NCBI RefSeq assembly: GCF_006345805.1
Contig: NW_021824798.1
Location: forward strand, 1 to 17,493
Length of the DNA stretch: 17,493 nt
Direction: 5' to 3'
From: Octopus sinensis
Lineage: Eukaryota
A model generated the notes under the pieces. It was not told where the DNA came from, did no database searches, and worked only from the letters and a program-made list of their open reading frames with translations. Both the position numbers and the translations under genes were made by a program. Below, in pieces: positions 1-9,767 of the stretch. How positions within the stretch are numbered: the first letter of the stretch is position 1; the number at the start of each line of letters is the position of its first letter.

Positions 1-83
1 TTCTTCGATGAAGGACCTCATCCCTTACGTTGGTTTCCACTTCATCTTACATACAGTACAGTAACATACGCTTCGACTCAGCG

Positions 84-275
84 AAGGAGTCTGTACATGG
101 TAGTACGACCTGCTAGAAATAGCAATCAAAATTACATCCTGCCGTCTTAGAAAAGAAGACTTTGGATATTCTGGTCCTTACAGATTGGTAAAAGTGTATG
201 GTCATGGCAAGAATACCTTTGATCATGGGCCTGCTCGATCAGATTTGACTGGGATTAAATAACTATAACAACAAA
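84..275 (+). mobile_element. 3' part of SINE family C (decayed)
   Basis: Motifs cgacctgctagaaatagc and ggtcatggcaagaatacctttgatcatgggcctgctcgatcag recur, diverged and inverted, at 10465-10670 and 9500-9572. Ends in an (AAC)-rich tail. Boundaries approximate. Confidence 0.6.
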
Positions 276-429
276 AGCCACGACAACTGCAGCGACAACA
301 ACAACGACACACAGCTATTCAGATTTTATCATTAAAGTTCCTGATGAGTAACAAGTTGAAAAACGATAGAGTCGAAGCGATATTAATTTACGGACCGAAC
401 AATCTGTAACTTGTGAATTGTAGAAGACG

Positions 430-485
430 AAGGTGAAAGGTGAAAGGTGAAAGATGAAAGGTGGAGGGTGGAAGGTGGAAGGTGA
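430..485 (+). repeat. 7-bp tandem repeat (AAGGTGA/AAGGTGG) x8
   Basis: Eight consecutive 7-mers read directly, with 0-2 substitutions each. Confidence 0.9.
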
Positions 486-823
486 ATGGATCGTTTTGCT
501 TCCTTATTACTATTCTGTCTTCTACGTCCAAGAAGATAATTAACTCCCAATGTGGTTCTGCACTGTCACCTACCTCTAATATATGAATAAATGGAAGCGG
601 TGTGCAGGTAAAAACTAGCAACATCTCACGCAGTGTCAGCATTGAATAACTGGTGGGTTTTTCATTGATTGGTTCTCGGTGCAGGGGTTGAAAGGAAGTC
701 TATGATAGCAACAGGAACACAAAAGACAATTAATAACATACCGTTCTTTTTAAATTGTATATCTTACGCACTGAATTTAGAGATGTGGTGGCAGTAGCTT
801 CCTTACGCTGTCTAGATTCTTAA

Positions 824-1030
824 GGTACACTATCACTCTAAAATGTATACTATTTTTGATGGCATAAAAGACGCACGGGCACGTTAGGCGCACTCCAATT
901 TTAGCAACTCATATTCAGTAAAAAAAAAACAATTTTTAGTACATCAAAGCATGTAATATAGGCCCGATTTCACAAATGGGATCAGAGTTAATTTTAAGTA
1001 ATAGGTTTTGGAAAAACATGACAGTGTACC
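824..1030. mobile_element. 207-bp MITE with TTAA target duplication (Kolobok/T2-like termini)
   Basis: TTAA|ggtacactatca (820-835) is the reverse complement of tgacagtgtacc|TTAA (1019-1034) at 15/16. A TTAA TSD with purine (GG) termini fits Kolobok rather than piggyBac (CC termini). Confidence 0.75.
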
Positions 1031-1184
1031 TTAATGTTGTTTAAATACGGTTGCTTACATTTTATGAACGTTGCTGCTTCGGTGGCCTAGTAGGCAGGGG
1101 TGTTGAGAAGTAGTAGTACAACATATTGGTGGCGGTTTCAAATCTCTTCTAGAAATTATAGGAGGCGTAGTTAAAAGTTTTATA

Positions 1185-1303
1185 GGCGCACATGGTTCCG
1201 GATTCAGTCTCACGGCGTGGCACCTTGGGCAAGTGTCTTGTACTATAAGCCTTGCGAGTGGATTTGGTAGACGGAAACTGAAAGAAGCCCGTCGTATATA
1301 TAT

Positions 1304-1348
<45 letters not shown>

Positions 1349-1541
1349 TTGTCCACCAACATCGCTTGACAACCGATGGTGATGTGTTTACGTTTCCGTA
1401 ACGTAGCGGTTCATCAAAGGAGTCCGATGGAATAAGTATAGGCTCACAAAGAATAAGTCCCGGGGTTCGTTCTGAAGGCGGTGCTCCAGCATAGTCGCAG
1501 TCAAATACCTGAAACCAACAAAAGAATAAAAGAAAAGAATA
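1185..1541 (+). mobile_element. SINE family A copy (head partly deleted)
   Basis: Colinear with copies at 2304-2762 (-), 5438-5838 (+) and 11052-11423 (-). Shares the ccttgggcaagtgtc core, internal (TA)n(TG)n and an AAAAGAAT-type tail. Confidence 0.9.
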
Positions 1542-1732
1542 TACTACCAGAAAAAAAGTTTTATGCTTTAATAATCCAAGGGGGTTGGTTGTGTAATTTA
1601 GGGATTCGAAGTCACGTGATTATTGGTACGTTTCCATTTTGCGGACACGACACTTTGTGTCTTATATCATAGATTTTGGTTAATACGTTGTGAGTGGCAT
1701 TTGTGTGTATATACATACGTATATATGTTTGT

Positions 1733-2103
1733 GTGGAGGCGCAATGGCCCAGTGGTTAGGGCAGCGGACTCGCGGTCATAGGATCGCGGTTTCGATTCCC
1801 AGACCGGGCGTTGTGAGTGTTTATTGAGCGAAAACACCTAAAAGCTCCACGAGGCTCCGGCAGGGGATGGTGGTGACAAGGCCGGCCCTTTGAAATACAG
1901 GTACAACAGAAACAGGAAGTAAGAGTGAGAGAAAGTTGTGGTGAAAGAGTACAGCAGGGATCACCACCATCCCCTGCCGGAGCATCGTGGAGCTTTAGGT
2001 GTTTTCGCTCAATAAACACTCACAACGCCCGGTCTGGGAATCGAAACCGCGATCGTACGACCGCGAATCCGCTGCCTTAACCACTGGGCCATTGCGCCTC
2101 CAC
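1733..2103. mobile_element. Inverted dimer of tRNA-headed SINE family D (heads at the outer ends)
   Basis: Arm 1733-1876 is the reverse complement of arm 1961-2103, with about 6 differences in 144 bp and an 84-bp spacer. A-box TGGCCCAGTGG (1745-1755) and B-box-like GTTTCGATTC (1789-1798) are mirrored in the right arm. Confidence 0.9.
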
Positions 2104-2146
2104 TGATGAGCATATACACATACACACAAAATCAGGCGTGCGTAAA

Positions 2147-2243
2147 CAGTTTAATCTCCTGTGTTAGCGGATGTACATCGCCTTTTTTCCTTTTGTAGAA
2201 ACTCTGCTAGATCTATAAAATCTATTAATGCAGACTATCTTTC
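2147..2243 (+). repeat. Left arm of 97-bp inverted repeat (partner 3132-3228)
   Basis: 92/97 identity to the reverse complement of 3132-3228. Confidence 0.95.
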
Positions 2244-2303
2244 GCTAAAAATGTTCTTGGGCAAATCTCGTTGTAGAAAATTACATAGTAACATTTTACC
2301 TTA

Positions 2304-2521
2304 TACTCTTTTACTTGTTTCAGTCATTTGACTGTGGCCATGCTGGAGTACCGCCTTTAGTCGAGCAAATCGACCCCGAGAACTTATTCTTTGTAAGCCT
2401 AGTACTTATTCTATCGGTCTCTTTTGCCAAACTGTTAAGTTAATACGGCGAAGTAAACACACCAGCATCAGTTGTCAAGCGATGTTGAGGGGAAAACACA
2501 GACACACAAACATACACACCA

Positions 2522-2595
<74 letters not shown>

Positions 2596-2762
2596 TACGA
2601 CGAGCTTCTTTCAGTCGTATATTGTATAAAATCCACTCACAAGGCTTTGGTCGGCCCGAGGCTATATTAGAAGACATTTACCCAAGGAGCCACGCAGTGG
2701 GACTGAACCCGGAACCATGTTGTTGGTAAGCAGGTTACTTACCACACAGCCACTCCTACGCC
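2304..2762 (-). mobile_element. SINE family A, near full length
   Basis: Minus-strand head ggcgtaggagtggctgtgtgg (A-box-like) ... ggttcagtcc (B-box-like), internal (TA)n, and gtaaaagagta tail. Confidence 0.92.
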
Positions 2763-2779
2763 TATGTAGATAATCACAA

Positions 2780-3228
2780 AGAAATAATTTTTAAAAACAT
2801 ATAAGCTATCCTGTTCTGTGAGAATATTAAACTTTTTCAGTTAAACAAGATAACTCAACTTATTTCTGAAGTTACCGTCTTCGTAATCACTCGCAAAAGA
2901 AAGAATTGACATAAAGGTACAATCATAAATTTTCCTTAATACGTATCGATACTTCAAAGGAAAATTTTCCGTTTGGCTTGTCTAGCGAATGCCTGTACGA
3001 ATAATATTTTGTCTTAAAGTCACTTGCTGTCATTCCAATGTAGGATTTTGGCAAGACAGTCTCCATCAAGCGGACAGTTTCAAGAGTTCGTACAATTACA
3101 TGCGCGTTCGGCAATGGTACAACCATTGTTTGAAAGATATTCTGCATTAATGGATTTTATAGATCTAGCAGGGTTTCTACAAAAGGAATAAAGGCGATAT
3201 ACATCCGCTAACACAGGAGATTAAACTG
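2780..3228 (-). pseudogene. Decayed Penelope-like element fragment (GIY-YIG endonuclease region)
   Basis: Minus-strand frames give, in the order expected for PLE endonucleases: ...YSFCRNPARSIKSINAEYL...CNCTNS*NCPLDGDCLAK (CNC at 3092-3100), YIGMTASDFKTKYYSYRHS (YIGMT at 3028-3042), and CLTEK (2833-2847). Interrupted by stops and frameshifts. Confidence 0.8.
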
Positions 3229-3854
3229 AAAAGAATATTTTGTGGATGATTAGAACCCTTATCAATTGAAAATAATATTTACCAACTGCTATTTAGTTTT
3301 CTTTCGTGAGTTGTAGGTTGTTTTATGAATGAAGAGCTTTCTGGTTGCGTTTTGAAGATCAACGCATTTTCTATTCTGTTTTATTATCTCGTTTCGCTCG
3401 TTCTGATCTCGTTACTGTCTTTCTTTAATCTCGCAGTATTTTATAGTATCTGAGCCTATATAATATTTTGTGAAAATACCTGCCGTCATTATAAGTGAAT
3501 TATGGTTATTTAAGTATTTTTGTTTTATTACCATTTATCTTTGCGCATGCATTTAATTAACTGTGTTTAATCTATTTTATATTAACCTTACACGTACATC
3601 CAGTAAAAGGCTTCGTTTTTTCTTCGTTTTCGTTATCTGAACATTCTTATTATGGGACCCTTGTATCAAATTTAGCTGATACATCGGAGAGTGAAATATC
3701 TCGTTTCACTTCTCGTCTTATGTTCCCTGGTAGTTTTTTCTCTTTTTCTTATTTCCACAATTTATCATTTAGAATATACTTGTTCTCATTGTTAACAGAA
3801 TAATTATAATTGCCAGAAAATGTCTGACTTACTGTATGAACTATTCTGGAATCC

Positions 3855-3899
3855 CACTTTACTATTAAGTTCTCATGTACACTTTACTATTAAGTTCTC
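3855..3899 (+). repeat. 20-bp direct repeat (cactttactattaagttctc x2, period 25)
   Basis: Exact copies at 3855-3874 and 3880-3899. Confidence 0.9.
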
Positions 3900-4115
3900 T
3901 CTGTGAGAATTTTTATAAACCTGTTCTATGTAAGTTTACTATCTTTGTCTCTTCAGATTCGAAACGGGGAAGTTTCTAATGCTCAGTAGAACTAGGGAGA
4001 GAGAATGTGAGAAAAAAGAAGGGTAATGCAGAAGAAAACGTTAAATAAGTGTGCATCCTCTTTAACTTACCCCCTCCCTCAAAATCCTAGGCTTTGTGCC
4101 TTTCGTAAAAAGGGT

Positions 4116-5017
4116 TGGAGTTATGTTGAACGGCTGCTGTCACGTGTGGGACGGATCCGTCTGTCGGCTGAGTCTGCAGTGATGATCGCACCGCCACCCT
4201 CCTTCAATCGGGCAGGCAAGGCAGTTTTCCTTTGCCTGGTGGCTGTGGCGAAAGCGGTTGTTTGGTGGGCAAGGCTGAAAGGCATGAGGACAGATACATT
4301 CCAGAGCTCTCATTGACTTTTTCAAGTTTCTCTTGAAAAGGAAGAGGGAAGTACTTGAGAGAGTTGTGGAATGACGTCAGCAGCTGGGTGCGTTGACCGG
4401 AAGCTGGGGCAACCGGAAGGGACAGCTGTGAGGCGTGCGCAGGCAGCGGTTAATTGGGCCTTTCCAACGTGGGTCGTGCAGGTGACAAGACGTGTGCGGA
4501 CGTCGCTAAGGGCTTGGGCTAGCAGCTGCTATCGTTAGTGTTCGGGCCGGGGCTGTGTCGAAGGACTAGTTACCACTGGAGGGTCTCCATCACGAGGAAG
4601 AGAAGGTAGGCGCCTTTTATATTCAAATCGCGCACACACCACAAGAGTTCAATGAAAAGTGGGTAAAAGTTGTGGAAATGGCAAGAGTGGGTGGTACTTC
4701 TGTAAGTGTAGACCTGTGAGTCGGAGAGGAGGAAGTGGAGAGGGCACTGGCTCCCAGGATTTCAGGGAAATTTCGGACAGTGACGTTCCTCGATTATCCC
4801 TAGAGGCGTTCCTGTATCAAGAGGGTCACATCTCTATCATCCTCCCTGCCTTCTGTTTTTTTTTTTTACCTTTGTATGCTACGCATATGTCCTTTCTTTT
4901 CCTACTGCGCATACTTTTATTTTTTTAATCATTTCATTACTATATGTAAACCCCCACAATTTATGCCTGTCTCCATATTGTCACCCTTATCCTTCACCCT
5001 TGTGGCAAATAAACAAA
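4116..5017 (+). mobile_element. 5'-truncated L1/Tx1-type LINE 3' end (ORF2 C-terminus + 3' UTR), interrupted by a solo LTR
   Basis: WSYVERLLSRVGRIRLSAES...FLCLVAVAKAVVWWARLKG...FKFLLKRK resumes after the LTR as EFNEKWVKVVEMARVGGTSVSVDL*. A T-rich UTR, AATAAA (5008-5013) and an (ATC/ATT)n tail follow. Clade assignment is from recalled similarity to Tx1-like ORF2 C-termini. Confidence 0.7.
4365..4643. mobile_element. 279-bp solo LTR with 5-bp TSD
   Basis: Termini TGTGG...CCACA form a perfect inverted 5-mer, flanked by AGAGT at 4360-4364 and 4644-4648. GC/CpG-rich versus the flanks. LINE homology resumes on excision. Confidence 0.85.
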
Positions 5018-5039
5018 ATCATCATCATCATCATCATCA

Positions 5040-5100
<61 letters not shown>

Positions 5101-5114
5101 CATCATCATCATCA

Positions 5115-5157
<43 letters not shown>

Positions 5158-5167
5158 CATCATCATT
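5018..5167 (+). repeat. Compound (ATC)n/(ATT)n microsatellite
   Basis: Read directly. Confidence 0.97.
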
Positions 5168-5388
5168 AAGCTGGCAGAATCGTTTGCATGCCGGGCGAGA
5201 TGCTTAGCAGCATTCCTCCGTCCTTAATTCTTGAGTTCAAATTCCGCAGAGGTCAGCTTTGCCTTTCATTCCTTTCGGGGTCGATGAAATAAGTACCAGT
5301 TCATCACTGGAGACGATGTAATCGTTTAACCCCGTACCCAATACCTCCCCACCACCAAATTTCAAGCGTTGTGCCTATAACAGAAAGG

Positions 5389-5433
<45 letters not shown>
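5168..5433 (+). mobile_element. SINE family B with (ATT)n tail
   Basis: Head gctggcagaatcg, gagttcaaattcc B-box-like, and ttgtgcctata..gaaagg end. Tail 5389-5433. Homologous to copies at 8266-8855 and 12300-13041. Confidence 0.88.
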
Positions 5434-5436
<3 letters not shown>

Positions 5437-5437
5437 A

Positions 5438-5591
5438 GGCGCAGGAGTGGCTGTGTTGTAAGTAGCTTGCTTACCAACCATATAGTTGCAGGTCACCTTT
5501 GGCAAGTGTCCTCTACTATAGCCTCGGGCCGACCAAAGCCTTGTGAGTGGATTCGGTAGACGGAAACTGAAAGAAGCCCGTCGTATATATA

Positions 5592-5622
<31 letters not shown>

Positions 5623-5838
5623 TTGTGTATGTATTTGTGTGTCTGTGTTTGTCCCCCCCAACATCGCTTGACAACCGATGCTGGTGTATTCACGTCCTCG
5701 TAACTTAGCGGTTCGGCAAAAGAGACCGATAGAATAAGTACTAGGCTTACAAAGAATAAGTCCTGGGGTCGATTTTCTCGACTAAAGGCGGTGCTCCAGC
5801 ATGGCCGCAGTCAAATGACTGAAACAAGTAAAAGAGTA
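5438..5838 (+). mobile_element. SINE family A
   Basis: Runs from the ggcgcaggagtggctgtg head to the gtaaaagagta tail. The B-box segment is deleted relative to the copy at 2304-2762. Confidence 0.92.
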
Positions 5839-5860
5839 TTATTATTATTATTATTATTAT

Positions 5861-6404
5861 TGAGTGAGAGAGCAGTTCATGCCATCAAAGTGACACTGGG
5901 GTAAAATATACGAAGCCCAATATACCCATCATGACTACCCGTCTGATAAAGGTACACCAGGCACATGCATCACAACCATATGTGCGCGACATGGTGATCT
6001 CATATCAAGATAAACAGCACATGACCTTGCAGGTGGGGCCAGTTAGAATTTTCTTCAGGTTGAGTAGCCCATCCCGCTCAAACGGTCCCTGAATAAGGGT
6101 TGTTTAAGGATGTTGAAAGAACCACCCATGTTTCCAGAGGTGAACTATTCAAACCCCAAAGAATCCCTCTCAACACATGGCTATGATGCTCCCCCACTAC
6201 TTCTGCTCGTGATCAGAGATGCACATATCGTCAGCCACTAAGGGACATGCTCAACTGGTTAAGGTCAAACAACTGACAAGCAAATCTGTGGTATTGAGCA
6301 GAATATTTGCTGTAGCCCATCTTTTATACCAAGACAAAACAATGTACATGATAACACTTCCAATCAGTTAAGATCAGAAGCCATGAGAGCCACTGCCTGG
6401 TACT
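5861..6404. mobile_element. ~544-bp unclassified element embedded in (ATT)n
   Basis: Complex, GC-richer segment with sharp edges, flanked by (ATT)n at 5838-5861 and (ATC/ATT)n at 6405-6448. No ORF or tRNA head seen. Interspersed-repeat status is recalled/inferred; there is only one copy in this window. Confidence 0.55.
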
Positions 6405-6407
6405 TCA

Positions 6408-6448
<41 letters not shown>

Positions 6449-7257
6449 TGATGAGGTGATGCTAGTGCTTGTCAGCTTCAGAACGACCATAATAGAGGCA
6501 ATTGTATTTTTTAAATTTCATTTGTATTCGTCGGAATTATTCACACTTTTCCATTGGTCCTTATTTATTTTTAATTTTGTCTTTCTTTGCTGAATAAATA
6601 ACAGGTTATTTATTTATTAATATTTCCAAAAGATTTTATTATAATATGTATTTATCAGAATCACACATACTAACGTGATGTACAATGTTGTGAAATACAT
6701 TAGATCTGTTCTTCGTAAATAACTCGCGTTACATAATTTCATTTAAAATCCCTACGGAACAAGGACTAAACTGTTTGGAAGTCTTGTGAGAGGGACAACG
6801 CGTATATATCTTGGAAAAGTTTTGTTTGACCAATGTAATTTGAAAGAGATATACGTGGCATGTAGGGATTCCTTTTTATAAATTACTTTTAACTCCCAAA
6901 TGTCAAATAATGATCCAAAATTTTGCACACGAGTCATTAAATTCAGCAAGCAATATTCAAAAATAAAGTTAGATAAAAATGTAGTTTAAATAATGAAACA
7001 AAAGACTCATTAAAATCACGGCAATATTTCCAATAATGAAACCAAATAAAGGAAGGAAGGAAAAAAAAAGACATTGGGATCACGAAAAGTCAATAGTGCC
7101 AAGAAACCAATATCCTATTATATAAAGTATCAAGTGTTTGTTTCGTTATATTTAGTAAAAATTAATTTTCAATTCATTTTAGAATTTACCGCTCCATTCA
7201 AAGTGGAATCTTCAATCAGAAGAGAGATTTCACAGTAAACACTGATTTATATGATAA

Positions 7258-7316
<59 letters not shown>

Positions 7317-7335
7317 ATATCTATCTATCTATCTA

Positions 7336-7381
<46 letters not shown>

Positions 7382-7390
7382 CCTATCTAT
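7258..7390 (+). repeat. (TATC)n microsatellite
   Basis: Read directly. Confidence 0.97.
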
Positions 7391-8265
7391 TTACACACAT
7401 GCATATGTACACCTTTCTATACACAAATGCATATATACGTATGTAATATGTCAGGTAAAATATAATATGCATTGCATACAAATATAATATTGCAGGAAAA
7501 ATCATATATAATCTTGAACTTGTGTATATTTTATATCACCAACTGATTACAAAGCAAGATATAATATTCTTAACCGTTTTTCACAATAGCTGGAATATCG
7601 AAGCTTTTTTTTTTTTATATTATATTTATTCATATCTTGCTCAGCAGGTTTTGTATGTAGCAATTACTCTTCGGATCTGAGTAATCTACTTAAAATAAGT
7701 TGACAAAAATCAATGAAATTTTATTTATAAAAGTCCCATATTATCCTTTGTTTTGAGATTTTTCTTCAGTTTTGCAAGTTTTAATTAAATTTTCAGCAAA
7801 CTCCTTTTCAAACGCACAAAATATTCCACATGTTTTGTGGAAAATGATATTGAATAAACGTTCAACATTGCAGCAGTTTGGTTGAAAAATATGCGTATAT
7901 ATTTTCTATTTACTTCCACTGTTGAAGCAATCGCCCAAAATTTGTTTTCTTGAATCAAAATAGATAACAGTAGAGGAATGTGTCGCCATTTTCCCCAAGT
8001 CGTTTGTGTATTTTCGATGTCCTACAAAGGTGAACAGAACAAGGTTGAGAAATTGCGTGGATTACATATTTGAAAGGGGGAACGTCAGAAGGTAATAAAG
8101 AGAACTAAAAAAGGAAAGAGAAGGTAAGAGAAAAAGGTTGATGTAGGGAAGATAAAGAAAAGAAAGAGGAAGAAGATGTACAACAAGTGAGAGAGGAACA
8201 TGATAGAGAAGATGAAAGACGTATACTGCACGTTTACCTTACATTTCTCAATAATATACACATAT

Positions 8266-8855
8266 AAGGCGGTGAGCTGGCAGAATCGTTAGCGCGATGG
8301 GAGAAATACTTAGCGGCATTTCTTCCGATTTTACGTTCCGAGTTCAAATACTATCGGGGTCAACTGAGAACTGGGGTCGATGTAGTCGACTTACCCTTTC
8401 TTTACCAAATTTCAAGCCGTGTGCCTATAGTAGGAAAGATATTATGGGTTAACTAAAGGCAGCGATCTGGCAGAATCATCAATCCGGACAAAATGCTTAA
8501 TGACATTTCATCCGTCTTGACGTTCTGAGACGAAATTTTGACGAGGTCGATTTTGCCTTTCATCCTTTCGTGGTCGATAAATAAAGTACCAGTCAAGCAC
8601 CGAGGTGGTGGGGGTGTAATCAACTCCCCACCACCACTACTACTACCATCACGAAATGTCAGGCCTTGTGCTTATAGTGGATAGGATATTATGGGTTTGT
8701 TAAAGGCAGTGAACTCGTAAGATAGTTAGCTAGCCGGACGAAATGCTTAATATCACTTCGTCCGACTTTACGTTCTGAGTTGAAATTCTTTCGAAGTCGA
8801 CCTTACTTTTCATCCTTTCAGGTTCGATAAAATAAGCCCCAGCTAAGAACTGGAG
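8266..8855 (+). mobile_element. Three head-to-tail SINE family B copies (diverged)
   Basis: Heads aaggcggtgagctggcagaatc (8266), aaaggcagcgatctggcagaatc (~8455) and aaaggcagtgaactc (~8702). Each has a cgttc(c/t)gag motif. Confidence 0.8.
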
Positions 8856-8904
8856 ACAATTACGAAAAAAAAAAAGAAAAAAGAAAAAAAACCCTCAAAG
8901 AAAT

Positions 8905-8962
8905 CCTTCGATGAGGTGCTCCAGCCTGGCTGTAGCTCAGTAACTGCAATCAAGTAAAAGAT
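8905..8962 (+). mobile_element. SINE family A 3'-tail fragment
   Basis: ggtgctccagcctggctgtagctcagtaactgcaatcaagtaaaag matches the family A tail ggtgctccagcatggccgcagtcaaatgactgaaacaagtaaaag. Confidence 0.65.
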
Positions 8963-9499
8963 AAGCGGTAAAAATATGTGGCAACCGATAACTGAATGGT
9001 CCAAGCCACTAAGACGTGAACTAAGCACACATACATAGAGAGTCGAGTAGATACGCTTTTAGCCCATGTCGTCTGAATATTATTAGTTGTCCTAAATTTT
9101 CCCACACAGAGCTTTAAGTATTGACATGTGGAAAGATAAAGCGAAGTAGTTTTAGTAAAGCAGACGATCAATTGTTACGAAAACTAGCAAACAGCAGCAG
9201 GAAGCTATGTAAATAGCGGCTTCACTTGCCGCTATTTTCATTTCAGTGACCAGTTATTGTTTAAAGAATGAAAGACTGGAAGAATGAAAGCATAAATAAC
9301 TGAACAAACTTTCTCTCTTGGACATTGAAATAGCATTCTCAATAGTTTATACATAACAGTTAAGTTGTAGAAAAAAAGACAATGGCGCCTTATCCAATTT
9401 TATTAATGTTCCTTTGAGGTAGCTGCTATAAAGAGAGAAGCGTTTAAGCTTAATAATCCTTAACTAGCTAGTAATAGTCTACGGATAATTGTTGTAGAT

Positions 9500-9618
9500 G
9501 TAGCTTTGGTTTAAATCAGGGTCAAACATGACAGAACAGAGCTATAATGAAAGGCGTTCCAGCTGTGACCATACGTGTAGGTACGACTGTGTGGTTAAAA
9601 CGCTTATTTCCCAACCAC

Positions 9619-9620
<2 letters not shown>
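9500..9620. mobile_element. SINE C tail fragment (-) abutting truncated SINE A head (+)
   Basis: aaaggcgttccagctgtgaccat resembles the reverse complement of the family C tail. gactgtgtggttaaaacgcttatttcccaaccacat resembles the family A head. Confidence 0.5.
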
Positions 9621-9700
<80 letters not shown>

Positions 9701-9720
9701 CGACGACGACAACAACAACA
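9621..9720 (+). repeat. (AAT)n(AAC)n microsatellite
   Basis: Read directly. Confidence 0.97.
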
Positions 9721-9767
9721 TCGAAAAATACCTTAGGAATGAGAACACAGGTTCGAAATTTCCCCAA

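Noticed and set aside
338-390. CTGATGAG followed by GAAAAAC/TCGAAGC, hammerhead-like
   Set aside because: No stem II closing onto GAAA and no complementary stem I could be built.
1083-1144. A-box/B-box-like motifs (tggcctagtagg, ggtttcaaatc)
   Set aside because: Too degenerate and no cloverleaf; at most an old SINE head.
1735-1810. tRNA gene (also 12122-12196)
   Set aside because: No proper acceptor stem, and it continues into SINE body or microsatellite, so it is a SINE head rather than a tRNA gene.
2147-3228. Tc1/mariner element (CAGT...ACTG ends)
   Set aside because: No TA target duplication (flanks are AA), and the interior encodes PLE GIY-YIG motifs rather than a DDE transposase.
3957-4022. 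66-nt AG..GT candidate exon (FETGKFLMLSRTRERECEKKE)
   Set aside because: Splice-like ends and an open frame are expected by chance, and no homology was recognised.
4026-4316. 96-aa ORF as a host gene
   Set aside because: Its C-terminal part is the LINE ORF2 remnant, and the start lies in unrelated flanking DNA.
4116-5017. U2-targeting Tx1 element (Keno-type) linked to the U2 gene
   Set aside because: The LINE fragment is more than 10 kb from U2, has no U2 sequence at its junctions, and the U2 gene is uninterrupted.
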